Origin: Octopus sinensis
Taxonomy: Eukaryota
Assembly: GCF_006345805.1 (NCBI RefSeq)
Contig: NW_021834901.1
Coordinates: 4,902-68,901 of the forward strand
Direction: 5' to 3'
Length of the DNA stretch: 64,000 bases
Below are positions 24,939-36,928 of this stretch, piece after piece (within the stretch, counting starts at the first letter, position 1; the number at the start of each line of letters is the position of its first letter). The notes beneath the pieces are model-generated. The model worked only from the letters and a program-made list of their open reading frames with translations. It had not been told where the DNA came from and made no database searches. Made by a program: the position numbers and the translations under genes.

Positions 24939-27900
24939 GGCGTAAAGCCCGGTGAGTGATTTGGTAGACAGAAACTTAAAGAAGCCCGTCGTTTATATGT
25001 ATATATATGTGCGTGTGTGTGTCTATATGTTTCTATGTGTTATTTTATTGGTCACTTTTGCCGATCCGCTATGTTAAGGGTGGGTGTTATGGTTGCTTGG
25101 AACCAAATGCTCACCGACAAATTATCGTCAGAAATTAAATAAGTTTTCTCCACTTATCTGAATATTCTATGGCCTCATATAAGTTTTTGATCGATTATTG
25201 GGATGGCGATATCTCATTTCTCTAGTTACTAAAATGCAAAACCGACGAATTTCCCTCCTTTCCCAGAATATATTTCAGTTGGTTGTAAATTATGCTTGTT
25301 GTTCACTGATGACAAGGCTATGATCAGAGGCGTTTCGGTCATGATCATCCCGTCGATTTACTTACTTCACAATATGTGTTGTGTTCTTTCCTTGGTTAAA
25401 TCGGTAGGGTGTGAGACAATTGAATATCATTGTCTCAAATGCTTACGATAGGGCTGATAGCGCAAATGTTCAAGTAATGGACATTCACTAGTCCTGAAAC
25501 CTACACCGACAATCATTATTCTAATACATCACATGATGTGGATGTTAATTTTTATAGATCTTTCCGAAATATAAGTCCGACCTTACTATCAAGATGAAGC
25601 ATCAATTTATTAAATGACATCTAGGATTGAATTATTCTGCTACTAGCAGAAGAATGAAAGTGATATTCTACGTGGTTTACTCTGCATGTGTGTTAATATA
25701 TTGTAACCTTCATGTACATGGGTTATCTCAAGTAAAACATAGCCTCGAATGTTTAGGACGTCCAGTTCACTCTGTGTAACTTGCCACAGGAGTCACACAG
25801 CAGATGCAGGTACAAGATGTTAAAGACTGTACTAATTCCTAAGTTGTTCACTTGAGCATCCGCATACCAATTATTATTATTCGATATACACAAAAAACTT
25901 TAGATTGTCTGAGTACGTTCGCGTATATATATATATATATATATAATATATATATGTATATATATATATATTTATATTAATGTATATATATATATTAATG
26001 TATATGTGGGCGTCTATGTGCATCTGTGTGTGTGAGTACATGCACAAGTGTTCGGCTTTTAACATACACACACATACACACACACGCACACGATCACACA
26101 TATTTGTATATATATATATATATAAAAATATTCATACGCATTCAGAGATCTACACACACATATAAATAGTGTATTCTCTTTAATTCTTTTACTTGTTTAA
26201 GTCATTTGACTGCGGCCTTGCTGGAGTACCACCTGAAAAGCGTTTAAGCCGAAGAGCCGAAGAAATTTACAGTTGGGCTTAGTTTTTGTAAGCCTGGTAC
26301 ATATTTTATTCGTCGCTTTTGCCGAACAGCTATGTTAAGGCGGGAGTAAAAGACCTGCTCTCAAGCTGTGAACGGGTAGCAAACATAGTCACACAGACAC
26401 ACACGCACAGGTAAACACACACACACACTCACACACGCGCGCGCGCGCACCACATATACACTCACAGACACACTCACACACACATATGTATATATATATA
26501 TATAACGGACTTCCTTCGGGTACGTCTACAATACCCACCCACAAGTCTTTGCTCGGCCCGAGGCTATAGTAGAAGACATTTTCCCACTTTCCCTATAGTA
26601 GAAGACACTTTCCGTGGTTAATTCGGTAGGGTGTGAGACAATTGAATATCATTGACTCAAATGCTTACGATAGGGCTGATAGCGCAAACGTTCAAGTAAT
26701 GGACAATCATTAGTCCTGAAACCTACACCTGCAATCATTATTGTAATACATCACATGATGTGGATGTTAATTTTCATAGATCTCTCCGGAATATAAGTCC
26801 GACATTACAATTAATTTTTGCTTAGAAACTCTGTCTCCCTTTTCAGCTTCCTTTCAGCAACCATAACCATGTCTCAATATTACTATTTCCTGCAACTATC
26901 TTTGCCAATCGACCATGCCATACATTCTCTTGTCAGTTAGATTATCTTCCTACTTTTTTTATTGTTTTAATTTCATTTGCCTTTTTCCTTTCCTATCTCC
27001 TACTATAAATCAGGCAAGTCATAAATTTTATTCACTATTATATATATCAATTCTAGCTAACTCTACGCTACTTTCTGCTGATATTAAACCGCTTCCACCT
27101 TCGTTATTCTAAGTAAGTGCAATCTTGCTCTTCGTAATCGAGGCTGAAGTCCTCCATTCATATCGAATTCCTTCCTTGTCCTTCTGTCAAGATTTGCAAA
27201 TTGAGATCTTTTCCAATCAACAAAATCTGCTGAATACCGAAGTAACCATACTTCCCAAAGTTTTTACAACCTTTACTAGATTTAGAACACTAAGCTTTCC
27301 CTTCATTAGCTTCTTCACCCTTCGAGTGTACTCCTTATCTATTCCATTGTTAGTACACTCTCAGATTCTAATACTCCGAAGCACTTATGATTCTCTGCCT
27401 TCAGTGATTTTACTCTCTTGCTATCTGGCCTTCACTGCTGACTACCTGTCCCCTTCTTATGACTTGTGTTGCGCACATATCTATGCCAAATTCCATGCCT
27501 ATATCTTTGCTGAAGAGTCTTACAATTCGTATTAAGGAACCAAAAAGCTTCTAATCGTCCATCTTGAGCAAATGATTAATATTTCTTTAACATCTCTAAA
27601 CTGATACCCTGACTTTGCCTTTAGTAGTACTAAATTGACGACAGCTAAGCATAAGAACTATTAAAGAGGTAACGAGTCTCTGGAGAATTCCTCACCTGAT
27701 ATTAACTTTTCCTAAGACACAGTGTCACCTGAGTAGAGATATAATTTCCAATTCTTTACACTATAGCTGTAACTAATTAAGTCTCTTGTGTTGTCTGCAA
27801 CACTGAATATACTCAAAATTCACTTATCCGTGAGTGTTGAATCATGCCAATGATTTTTATACCGTTGAAGTTTGCATTCTCGATTTTAGAACTGCTTTCT

Positions 27901-30194
27901 CTGTGTGTAATAGATCGTGCGTTCCTCAACCTTCTTTCTGCAAACATTTCAGTTTTTCTGGTAACAATTTCTTGTTGGTCAAGTTGCTTCTAAATGTTTT
28001 CTGTGTGAATTCATGTTAAAGTCTCTACATTGGGAAATTGCCTGGTTTTTGTCTATTTTGGCTTTTATGTAGTTAGTTATGAATGCCTGATCGTGTGCAG
28101 TTGCTTACAGACAATTTCTCCCTTTTCATTTTCCTTTCTGAAACCATATTAGTCTGTAAGTGTCCCTTGGCTTTTCTTTCTGTACCCTTTCTGTTCCACT
28201 GGTGCTTTGTAATTTATTTCCAGGAAATCATACACCTAATTAGATATTATTCCTGTCATCAGCTTCCACATGAGGGGCAAACAGGTGATAGGCCGGTGAT
28301 TATCCACTGCATTGCTTTGTTGGGATTCTTTTGGCAAAGAATTGTTTGACTTTTGGTCAGCCTCTTTGGGATTTGTACCCCGTTGTTGTTCATTTTATAT
28401 ATTTGGTTGGCTATTCTTCTGTGTAGTGCTGGGGAAATTTTCAGCCAATATCCTTGTACAGTATCCGGTCCTGGGTATTTCCAGTTTGGCGATTTAATCA
28501 CTCTGGCCCACATTGGTAGTCAAATATACAATAAGGCGACTGGCGTTTATACATCTGCCTTTTCTCATCCTTACTTACTAAAAACATCCCTCCTCACTTC
28601 TCCCTTCTACTCACTTAATTAAATTTAACTCTCTATAATAATATACGATGACTATGCGAGAATTTGTATGTGGTGTGTCTGTGCGTGCAAACAGACATTT
28701 ATCTGTCCATTTCTAAACTCATACGTATGGATGTGTATGTATTTTCGCGTAATTGTGTGTATCTGACTGTGTGTATATCAACGGGAATATGCCACTGCAT
28801 ATGTGTGTGTGTCTGTGTGTGTTTGCATATGTTAGTGCGTGTGTGTATGTGTATGTCTCTCTGTGTATGTATGTGTGTGTATACATGCATCCCCTTAACC
28901 CCCAAGTCAAACACCCCTCACTATATAGACTAATCTCTATATACTCTCATATATTTCTCATTCGCCCAATAATAGACTCTTCCAAGGCCTTCCAAATCTG
29001 ATTCAATTTCTATTCAAAGATGCAACTGATAACTTCCATTATCCTTTGCCAGCGACTTTCCTGGAAACTTTACTAACTCTTCGATCACGAAAATACCAAA
29101 CACATTTATCTGTGTTGGTGTGCTTACGTCACTGTAACATAGCGGTTCGGTAAAAGAGACCGATAGAATAAGTTCTAGGCTTACAAATATTAAGTCCTAG
29201 GGTCGATTTGTTCGAATGAAGGCGGAGCTCCAACATGGCTGCAGTCAAATGACTGAAACAAGTAAAAGAATAGTCACGATGGGCTTCTTTCAGTTTCCAT
29301 CGACCAAATCCGCTTATGAAGATTTTGAGAGTCCAATGGCTACGGTAGAAGACATGTGCGTGGTGAGCCACGCAGTGGAAATGAACCCGAATCTAGATTT
29401 GGAAGCAAGCATCTAACCACACAGCCGCGCCTAAACATGCCCCCCTACACAGATTCAATCCAAGGAAACACGCATAAAGATGAAACACTCTCCAAGCCGT
29501 TCACTTTATAATTTGTTAAAACCATTAACATGGTGTCCATTAGTTAGTAATGCTGTGTTTTGTTTTATTTCTCCTACACATTGATTCCAAATTTTGGCAC
29601 AACACCAGCAATTTCGGGAGAGGGAGTAAGTTGATTGCATCGACCCCAGTACTTAACTGATATTGATTTCATCGACCCCGAAAGGATAAAAGGCAAAGAC
29701 AACCTCGGCGGAATATTTCTACTTAATATTTAATATTATTTCGTTCATGCATTTTTGAAATTGGGTGTTAAAACAGAAATTCTCCTATTTGGAGATGGTC
29801 GTCTGTTGCCAATGAAAACACACGCAATATATATTTGATCTTCACTTTTTTATTATGTTGTTGTCGTTGTTGTTGTTGTTATTATTGGTACGCCGGGCGA
29901 AACGCTTAGAAGTATTTCGTTTCCCCGAAGGCGGTGAGCTGGCAGAAACGTTAGCACGTCAGGCGAAATGCTTAGAAGGATTTCGTCTGTGGTTATGTTC
30001 TGAGTTCTAATTCCGCCGAGGTTGACTTTGCCTTTCATCATTTCGATGTCTATAAATTAAATACCAGTTCTGTACTAGGGGCTATGTAATCGACTAACTC
30101 ACTCCCAAAAAGATTTCAGGCCTTGTGCCTATAGTTGGAACGACTGTTATTATTGTTATTATTATTATTGTGAATGTGATTATTATTATTATTA

Positions 30195-30250
<56 letters not shown>
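22030..30250 (+). repeat. Segmental duplication, copy 3
   Basis: Matches copy 1 from 22124 and copy 2 from ~22515; lacks ~15100-17370 of copy 2. Confidence 0.88.
26820..28570 (-). pseudogene. Decayed R4-type RT fragment retaining the catalytic-core remnant
   Basis: ORF 28259-28513 reads NWKYPGPDTVQGYWLK. Manual translation gives INHLLKMDD*KLF and LFSKDIGMEFGI at ~27480-27580. Confidence 0.8.
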
Positions 30251-30558
30251 TATGTTTGACTTTTGCTTTATGTCTGTACAAGTTGGCTCCAAGTCTCACC
30301 CAGAGACCTCAAGAGACAACAGGTTGGAGGTTCTGTGCCCATTTTTGGCACGGGTTTTCATGCGCCTAGCTTTTTCTGTGCTGTGTTTCTTGTATGCCTA
30401 TCTCTAATTCCAAAATTGGTTGTATTCGGAATTCCCTTAGATATTCCTTTGCCTGTTTGTTACTGAGTATGATGCTTTCTTGTTTTCATGTTTGAGACAA
30501 GTTTAACATCCAGTCCTCAGAGTTTTCAGTAGGTGTCTAGGCCAATTATAGCTAATCT

Positions 30559-30560
<2 letters not shown>
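30250..30560 (-). mobile_element. Short insert between (ATT)n runs, possibly a 3' remnant of another R4-like element
   Basis: Bounded by (ATT)n on both sides; minus strand ends AAAGCAAAAGTCAAACATAG then (AAT)n. The family assignment is from recollection only. Confidence 0.35.
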
Positions 30561-30608
<48 letters not shown>

Positions 30609-31164
30609 GAGTGAGAGAGCAGTACATGCCATCAAAGTGATACTGGGGTAAAATATACGAAGCCCAATATACCCATCATGACTACCCGTCTGATAAGGGT
30701 ACACCAGGCATATGCATCACAAGCATATGTGCGCAACATGCTGATCTCATATCAAGATAAACAGTGCATGACCTTGCAGGTGGGACCCAGTTAGAATTTT
30801 CTTCTGGTCGAGTAACCCATCCCACTCAAAAGGTCCCTGAATAAGGATTTTTTAAGGATGTTGAACAAACCACCCATGTTTCCAAAAGTGAATTAGCCAA
30901 ACCTCTAAAAATTCCTTTCAGCATACGGCTATGATGCTCTCCCACTACTTCTGATCATGATCAGAGATGCACATATCGTCGGCCACTAAGGGACATGCTC
31001 AACTGGTTAAGGTCAAACAACTGACAAGCAAATCTGTGGTATTGAGCAGAATATTTGCTGTAGCCCATCTTTTATACCAAGACAAAACAATGTACATGAT
31101 AACACTTCCAATCAGTTAAGATCAGCAGCCATGAGAGCCACTGCCTGGTACTGCATCAGGACAT
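30609..31164. mobile_element. Non-coding ~560-bp interspersed-repeat-like insert between (ATT)n runs
   Basis: Sharp borders with (ATT)n at 30561-30608 and (TTA)n at 31165-31181; no ORF. Confidence 0.5.
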
Positions 31165-31321
31165 TTATTATTATTATTATTGTTTGTTTTTTTTTCTTCT
31201 TTCAAATTTGCTTCCATTTCTTGCCGGGTGTCTTCCGGACTCCTAGGGCAAAGAAACTCATAGTATACGTTGGTAGGCCATTAAACCAAACTCAATAGTT
31301 CGTTCATTTTTTTTTTTTAAA

Positions 31322-32302
31322 TTATAATACATGAGCAGCAACAGTTCTCACATCGACAATGCTCTTCTCAATACGTGTGATGTACCAGTTAAGACAATCT
31401 TTTGCACTTCTTGCAGGGATGGTAAGCCAGGGATCATTCTCATAATTTTCGGTTCCCTTCTTGATCATTCCTAGTGCTCCTACGATCACTGGTATTGTGA
31501 CCGCCTTGAGATGCCACATTTTCTCAATTTCAATGAGTAGGTCTTTATATTTTCTGAGCTTGTCAAACTCTTTCGCTGAGATATTATGATCACAGGGGAT
31601 GCTCATGTCGATCAATAAGCAAACTTTATTGTTTTGGTCTTTCACAACAATATCTGGTTTATTGGCTTTGATGGCTCGGTCTGTATGTACTGGAAAGTCC
31701 CACAGAATGGTTACATTTTCTCCTTCAGTTACAGCCTCAGGGTGGTGATTATACCACTTGTCGGCAGTTTTGATATTGCAATGCCGACTTATTAGCCAGC
31801 GGAGATATTGGCCAACTATGTCATGTCTTAATTTATACTCCACTGGTGCTAAGACTTTACATCCAGAGATAAGGTGGTCCACTGTTTCAATCATGTCGTT
31901 GCAGAATCGGCATTTTGGGTCTGCTCCATTTTTCATCACATTGGCCTGGTAGTTCCGGGTTAATAGTCTTTGATCTTGAGCAGCCAGGATGAAACCTTCG
32001 CTCTCTGCTTTTAGCCCTGAGCTCCGTAGCCACTGATGGGTTTGCTTCTGGTCAACTTCAGCTTGTTTGCTGCGGGTCACATATTTGCCGTGCAGAGGTT
32101 TCTCCTCCCACCTATCAGCCAATTGCTCGTGCGCTTTTTTCGTTGCCATCATTTTCACCTTCTTTGCAACAATAGTTGCCGTACTTCCCTCGGGCTGTTC
32201 AGTTTGGGTATCCTGCACGAGATCAATAGCAAATTTTTTGCTTTCCTTTATAATAGAATGAAGCTTCTTTCGTCTCTCGTGATTTTCCACGAGCTTTATC
32301 AT
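31322..32302 (-). CDS. C-terminal part of R4 ORF: CCHC zinc knuckle plus restriction-like endonuclease (frameshifted near the end)
   Basis: CRFC..ETVDHLISGC, RHD and KPDIVV..IDMSIP..K..KY. The true end RMIPGLPSLQEVQKIVLTGTSHVLRRALSM* lies in another frame (stop at 31348-31350). Confidence 0.85.
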   Translation of the reverse strand: MIKLVENHERRKKLHSIIKESKKFAIDLVQDTQTEQPEGSTATIVAKKVKMMATKKAHEQLADRWEEKPLHGKYVTRSKQAEVDQKQTHQWLRSSGLKAESEGFILAAQDQRLLTRNYQANVMKNGADPKCRFCNDMIETVDHLISGCKVLAPVEYKLRHDIVGQYLRWLISRHCNIKTADKWYNHHPEAVTEGENVTILWDFPVHTDRAIKANKPDIVVKDQNNKVCLLIDMSIPCDHNISAKEFDKLRKYKDLLIEIEKMWHLKAVTIPVIVGALGMIKKGTENYENDPWLTIPARSAKDCLNWYITRIEKSIVDVRTVAAHVL

Positions 32303-32425
32303 CCAGTCATTCGATATTTCGAGATATTTGGCCAGTCCAATTGTGGTTGTTTTGTAAGCTAGTTCAAATTGGATCAGGCCTCGACCTCCTTGGGCTCTGG
32401 GAAGGTAAAGGCGATCTACGTCTGC

Positions 32426-34054
32426 CTATGGGTGGTGCATCCTATTACAACTCAGCAGCTTGCGTATTTTCCTATCTATATTCTTTACTTCACTCATATT
32501 CCAGTTCAACACATTGTAGCTATAAGTAACAACTGGAACTGCTAAGGAATTTATAGCTAACACCTTGTTACGTGCATTTAGTTCAGATTTCAGGACTGCA
32601 CGAACTCTCCTATAACATTCCTTCCTGATCTTCTCTTTCATGCTTGCATGCTGAATACCAGAGCCTTCATTTATCCCTAAATATTTGTATGTTTGTTCTT
32701 GCTCAAGCTCTCTTATGACTGTGTCAACATCTAACACGACTGAATTTGTGGTCTTCACTTTCCCTTTCTGGAAAGTGGCCTTGGCACACTTCTCAAGTCC
32801 AAACTCCATCCCGATGTCATCGCTGAATGCTTTCACGGTGCGCAATAGGCCTTCAAGTTCATTATTGTCTTTACCATAAAGTTTTAAGTCATCCATATAA
32901 AATAGATGGCTTATTTTTTTATTGGTAATTTTATACCCATACTCTGTTCTGTTTAATTCACTTGTAAGGGGTATTAGGGCTATGCAGAATATTAAAGGTG
33001 AAAGTGAGTCACCTTGAAAAATTCCACAGTTGATGTTTATATTTTCTGAGGCAAGTACTCCATTAGAGTGGTATAATTGGAGATTCGTATTCCACAACGA
33101 CATATTGTGCTTCAGGAAGTTTGAAATCACAGGGGAAATTTTGAAGATGTCCAGCGATCTCAAGATCCATGGATGCGGTATACTGTCGAAGGCCTTTTTA
33201 TAGTCAATCCATGCGGTGCTGAGATTTCTGCGCTTGTTGTGACAGTTCTCAAGGATCATACGATTGATTAGCAGTTGATCTTTGCATCCGTAAGAGCCTC
33301 GGCGGCACCCTTTTTGTTCAATGGGGAAAATATCGTTTTTCTCCATGAATGCATATGTTTTCTCCGCCAGGATAGATGTTAGGATTTTATACGTGGTGGA
33401 TAGACAGGTTATAGGCCGATAGTTTTTTGGAAGGTTGGTTTCGTTATTCTTTGGGAGTAGGTAAGTAATGCCACTTGCTAACCATTCAGGTGTTTTCTTT
33501 GGGTCTCTCATAATTCCATTGAGCAGCTGAACTAGCTTACCGTGTGCGCATGGGAGCGATGCGAGCCAGAAATTCGGCACCCTATCTTTACCGGGGGATT
33601 TCCAATTATGGGCCTTCGTGAGTGCCTTTCTTAGGTCTGCTATTGTGATGTCTTCCCATGCTTGTTGTAAATTTTGGTAGGATCCTTCAGTTTGTATAAT
33701 CCAGTCTGCATTTATGTTGTACGTCTTCTTGTCACTCCAAATCCTTTTCCAAAAGTTTTGAACTTCTTCCATGGGAGGGGGGTCTTTAACGGTTACTTTC
33801 TCCTTCCCTATTTCTCTGTAGAATTGTTTGGCATTGGATCTGAACAGCTTATTTTGCTTGTAAAACTTGTTTCTCTTCTCAAATCTTCGTATTCTTTGGG
33901 CTTTTGCTTGGACCTTTTGTTTCAGCGTTTCTTTTATTGATATCAGTTCTTCTCTTGGTGAGGATCCAAATTTTCTCTTCATCTTTCTTCCTGTTCTGGA
34001 TCTTACATCATTTCCACATATTAGTTCATTTAATATTGATATTTCCCCTCTCAT
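32426..34054 (-). CDS. Reverse transcriptase domain of R4 ORF (disrupted)
   Basis: NYRPITCL, IDYKKAFDS, GIFQGDSLSP and HLFYMDDLKLY; ends at an in-frame TAG in MHHP*ADVDRLYLP, in the same frame as the next ORF. Confidence 0.92.
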   Translation of the reverse strand: MRGEISILNELICGNDVRSRTGRKMKRKFGSSPREELISIKETLKQKVQAKAQRIRRFEKRNKFYKQNKLFRSNAKQFYREIGKEKVTVKDPPPMEEVQNFWKRIWSDKKTYNINADWIIQTEGSYQNLQQAWEDITIADLRKALTKAHNWKSPGKDRVPNFWLASLPCAHGKLVQLLNGIMRDPKKTPEWLASGITYLLPKNNETNLPKNYRPITCLSTTYKILTSILAEKTYAFMEKNDIFPIEQKGCRRGSYGCKDQLLINRMILENCHNKRRNLSTAWIDYKKAFDSIPHPWILRSLDIFKISPVISNFLKHNMSLWNTNLQLYHSNGVLASENININCGIFQGDSLSPLIFCIALIPLTSELNRTEYGYKITNKKISHLFYMDDLKLYGKDNNELEGLLRTVKAFSDDIGMEFGLEKCAKATFQKGKVKTTNSVVLDVDTVIRELEQEQTYKYLGINEGSGIQHASMKEKIRKECYRRVRAVLKSELNARNKVLAINSLAVPVVTYSYNVLNWNMSEVKNIDRKIRKLLSCNRMHHP

Positions 34055-34076
34055 AAATTCATTCTCTTTTTCAATT

Positions 34077-35031
34077 TTACTTCTTCAGGTTTGATTTCTT
34101 CCCAGGTTTTGTTTTCTTTGTTTTTTCGGGGGGCATACAGCTGGTTTCAATTGCCCTAGCAGAAGCGTAAATAATTTCATTTAACTCAGTAAAATCAGGT
34201 TTTAATTCTCGTATTATTTCATTTGTTACATAGTTGCCAATTTGGATTTGTTTTTTATTTTGGTTTGTATTTGAGAGTTTATGAAGCGGTTCTCTATCAT
34301 TCATACTTGTATGTCTTACAACTTCAAGCGTATTCAGGATTTTCTGCCTCATTTCTGCTATAGACTCTCTGTGTTCTTCAGCAATGCGAGATCTTCAGTT
34401 ACTGTTGTTCTTTCGTTTTCCTGGCTATCTTTAACAGGTACAATAGAATTTCTTGTATCTTCAGGCCTTTGCGTACTTTGGTCAGATGGCAGTCTTTCAA
34501 TTAAGCCTCGTGGCGGCTATACTGTTCATCTGATTCTTCATTTCCTTTGTGTCTTATATTTATGTCATTTTCCGTTGTGTGCTTGATCGCGCTTATTTCA
34601 CTGTCTGTGAGTCTGTTATTTCTAAAGATATCCCTCCTCACATTTGCTAATTTGTTCTCGTCCAAATAGGGCCTACTGTCTTGATTCCGTGTTCTCCATA
34701 TACTGTAAGAGTTTGCGGTGTGTCTCTCTTGAGATGGCCTACCTAATGCATAGTAATAAGCGTATATTACTTCTTTATACTCTTCTCGGGTCCATTTGTT
34801 CCGCTTACATTTTTCTTTCTGTGGTGGTTGTGGTGGTGAACTTGGAGGGCTCGAGTTGGGGGATTTCCAGTTCAAGTGACCATCCATGTCCGTATTCGGA
34901 GAAGAGTTTGTGCCAGTTGATGACTTTTCGATCCCAGGCTGGCTCTTCCCTGGGGGACGCGCTTCCAGATTAACCATAGGACAAGCGATTTGGTATACTG
35001 ATTTAGTTTTCCTTTTAGTTTCCAAAAACAT
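34077..35031 (-). pseudogene. N-terminal part of R4 ORF split by frameshifts/stops
   Basis: ORF pieces 34501-35031 and 34077-34352 are collinear upstream of the RT. Confidence 0.7.
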
Positions 35032-35617
35032 TTTGGTGCTACGATAATGTTATCATTTTTTAGCTTTGATTGGCTCGTGGGGAGACGGCCATCATTGCCG
35101 TTACAATTATAATCGTACCATTATAGCAGCCGTAGTCGGCTTATTATTGTTATTATCATCACCATTACCATCACTATCATCATTATCGCCACCATTACCA
35201 TCATCATTATCATCATCACCATCACCATCACCACCATCATCATCAATGATATTGTTTTATGTGTAGTCATAGCAGTATCTTATTATTGTTACTTTTGTTT
35301 TTTTTTTATCATTATCACCATCACAGTAGTGTCTGTCTGTCTCGTTGGCTGGCTTGGTGGTTGGCTGGCTGACTGTCTTTTTTTTTTTCTTTTAATTGTG
35401 GTCCTATCGGTCAAAAAAAGTTCAGATGTTTACTACTATTAGGCTTAAGAAAAATTAAGGAAGGGCGGTTCTGTATTGTTTGTGAATAGAGAAGTTGTGT
35501 TCGACCAGAGAGAATCGTAGCATCATCATTTTTTTTTTTCCACGTGCGTTTGTGTTATTGTAATAAAAAGTGTTTGTATATTTCCTGTAAGGTAATATTG
35601 TGGAGGTTGAAGTTGAC

Positions 35618-35661
<44 letters not shown>

Positions 35662-35679
35662 GTTATTATTATTATTATT

Positions 35680-35900
35680 CATGTCACTGCCTGGAATCGA
35701 AGTCTGAATGTTGGGGTTAGTAGCCCGCGCTCTTAACCACTATGCCATATTCCCGTGTGCATATGGCATAGTGATTAAGACACCTGATGAATGCTGGAGG
35801 GTGTATCAGCTGAAATGTTGTGTTATCAACCAAAAAGATGAGGACACATATCCTTCAAATATAAATAATATAAATAATGTACATATTTCCGCATTTCTTA
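35680..35900. mobile_element. tRNA-like head with (AAT)n tail, joined through a 20-bp inverted repeat to a Penelope-like end with a degenerate hammerhead motif
   Basis: Minus strand GGCATAGTGGTTAAGAGCGCGGGCTACTAA...TTCGATTCC then (AAT)n; arms at 35731-35750 and 35761-35780; CTGATGA at 35784, GAAA at 35812. Confidence 0.6.
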
Positions 35901-35911
35901 AATATAGAACT

Positions 35912-35945
<34 letters not shown>

Positions 35946-35994
35946 GCATTATTAAATCTCAGAATGAGATTGAAACAGTAATCGCTCGACAATG

Positions 35995-36243
35995 TAAAGT
36001 ATAGAAGCCATCTTATCATGGCTAACCACATAGGGGAGGGGTGTTACTGTAGCTTTATAGCCCCAGAAGATCTTCGTCTCCAGCTGGCTTTAGACACCAT
36101 ATCAGTGCCATATCAGTGCCATATCAAGGGCACTGATATGGTGTCTAAAGCCAGCTGGAGACGACGTTCTCCTGGGGCTATAAAGCTACAGTAACACCCC
36201 TCCCCTATCTGGTTAGCCATGTTAAGATAGCTTCTATACTTTA
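35995..36243. mobile_element. 249-bp foldback/MITE-like palindrome
   Basis: ~115-bp arms with few mismatches; the loop contains tandem CCATATCAGTG copies. Confidence 0.85.
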
Positions 36244-36446
36244 TATATATATATATATATAACAGGCATACATTGCTGAAAGTGTTCAATACTTCAATTT
36301 AAGTGGTATTTTTTTCATTTATTACGACAGCAGGGACTTAAAGTTTGTCTTGTACCCCATACAACAAATGTTTATAATCCTGGTTGTTTAGTGATTTAGA
36401 ATTATTATCACGGGTATAGTTCAGGAAAATATCACTTCTATAATTC

Positions 36447-36539
<93 letters not shown>

Positions 36540-36540
<1 letters not shown>

Positions 36541-36720
36541 AGGAGCAATAGCCTAGTGGTTAAGGCAGCGGACTCGCGGTCGCAGAATCGCGGTTTCGAT
36601 TCCCAGACCGGGCGTTGCGTGTGTTTATTGAGCGAAAACACCTATAGAAAGCTCCACGAGGCTCCGGCAGGGGGTGGTGATCCCTGCTGTACTCTTTCAC
36701 ATCTTCGCCAGTTCAAACCT
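36540..36720 (+). mobile_element. tRNA-derived SINE family B, 3'-truncated
   Basis: TAGCCTAGTGGTTAAGGC...GGTTTCGATTCCC head; homologous to 42760-43035 and 44905-45190. Confidence 0.8.
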
Positions 36721-36928
36721 TATGAAGCTTAACGATTGTGTCACAAATTTATTGACTGCTATTTCTAATAAAAATTGGTGGCTTGTTGAACCACAACTTA
36801 CTCTCTCTCTCTCTTTCTCTCTCCCCCCTCTCTCTTTCTACATATATATATATATAGAAATTCGGGGTGAGTACTTGATAATTATAAGCACCTGTGTATA
36901 CCGTTTGGTGGTGTAGGTGGTGGAGTAA

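Larger units (their letters stand above)
31182..35140 (-). mobile_element. Near full-length R4/Dong-clade non-LTR retrotransposon
   Basis: N-terminal KWTREEYKEVIYAYY motif, RT, CCHC knuckle and PD..D endonuclease in order; A-rich 3' end abutting (AAT)n; the 5' end follows AATAATAAG. Confidence 0.9.

Noticed and set aside
35060-35140. HDV-like ribozyme at the R4 5' end
   Set aside because: Only a simple hairpin (GATGGC-CGT-CTCCCC-ACG-A-GCCAATC) is visible; no P2/P1.1/P4 pseudoknot could be built by eye.
36540-36610. tRNA genes at SINE heads
   Set aside because: A/B-box-like motifs are present, but there is no complete cloverleaf and each head continues into a repeated SINE body or tail.
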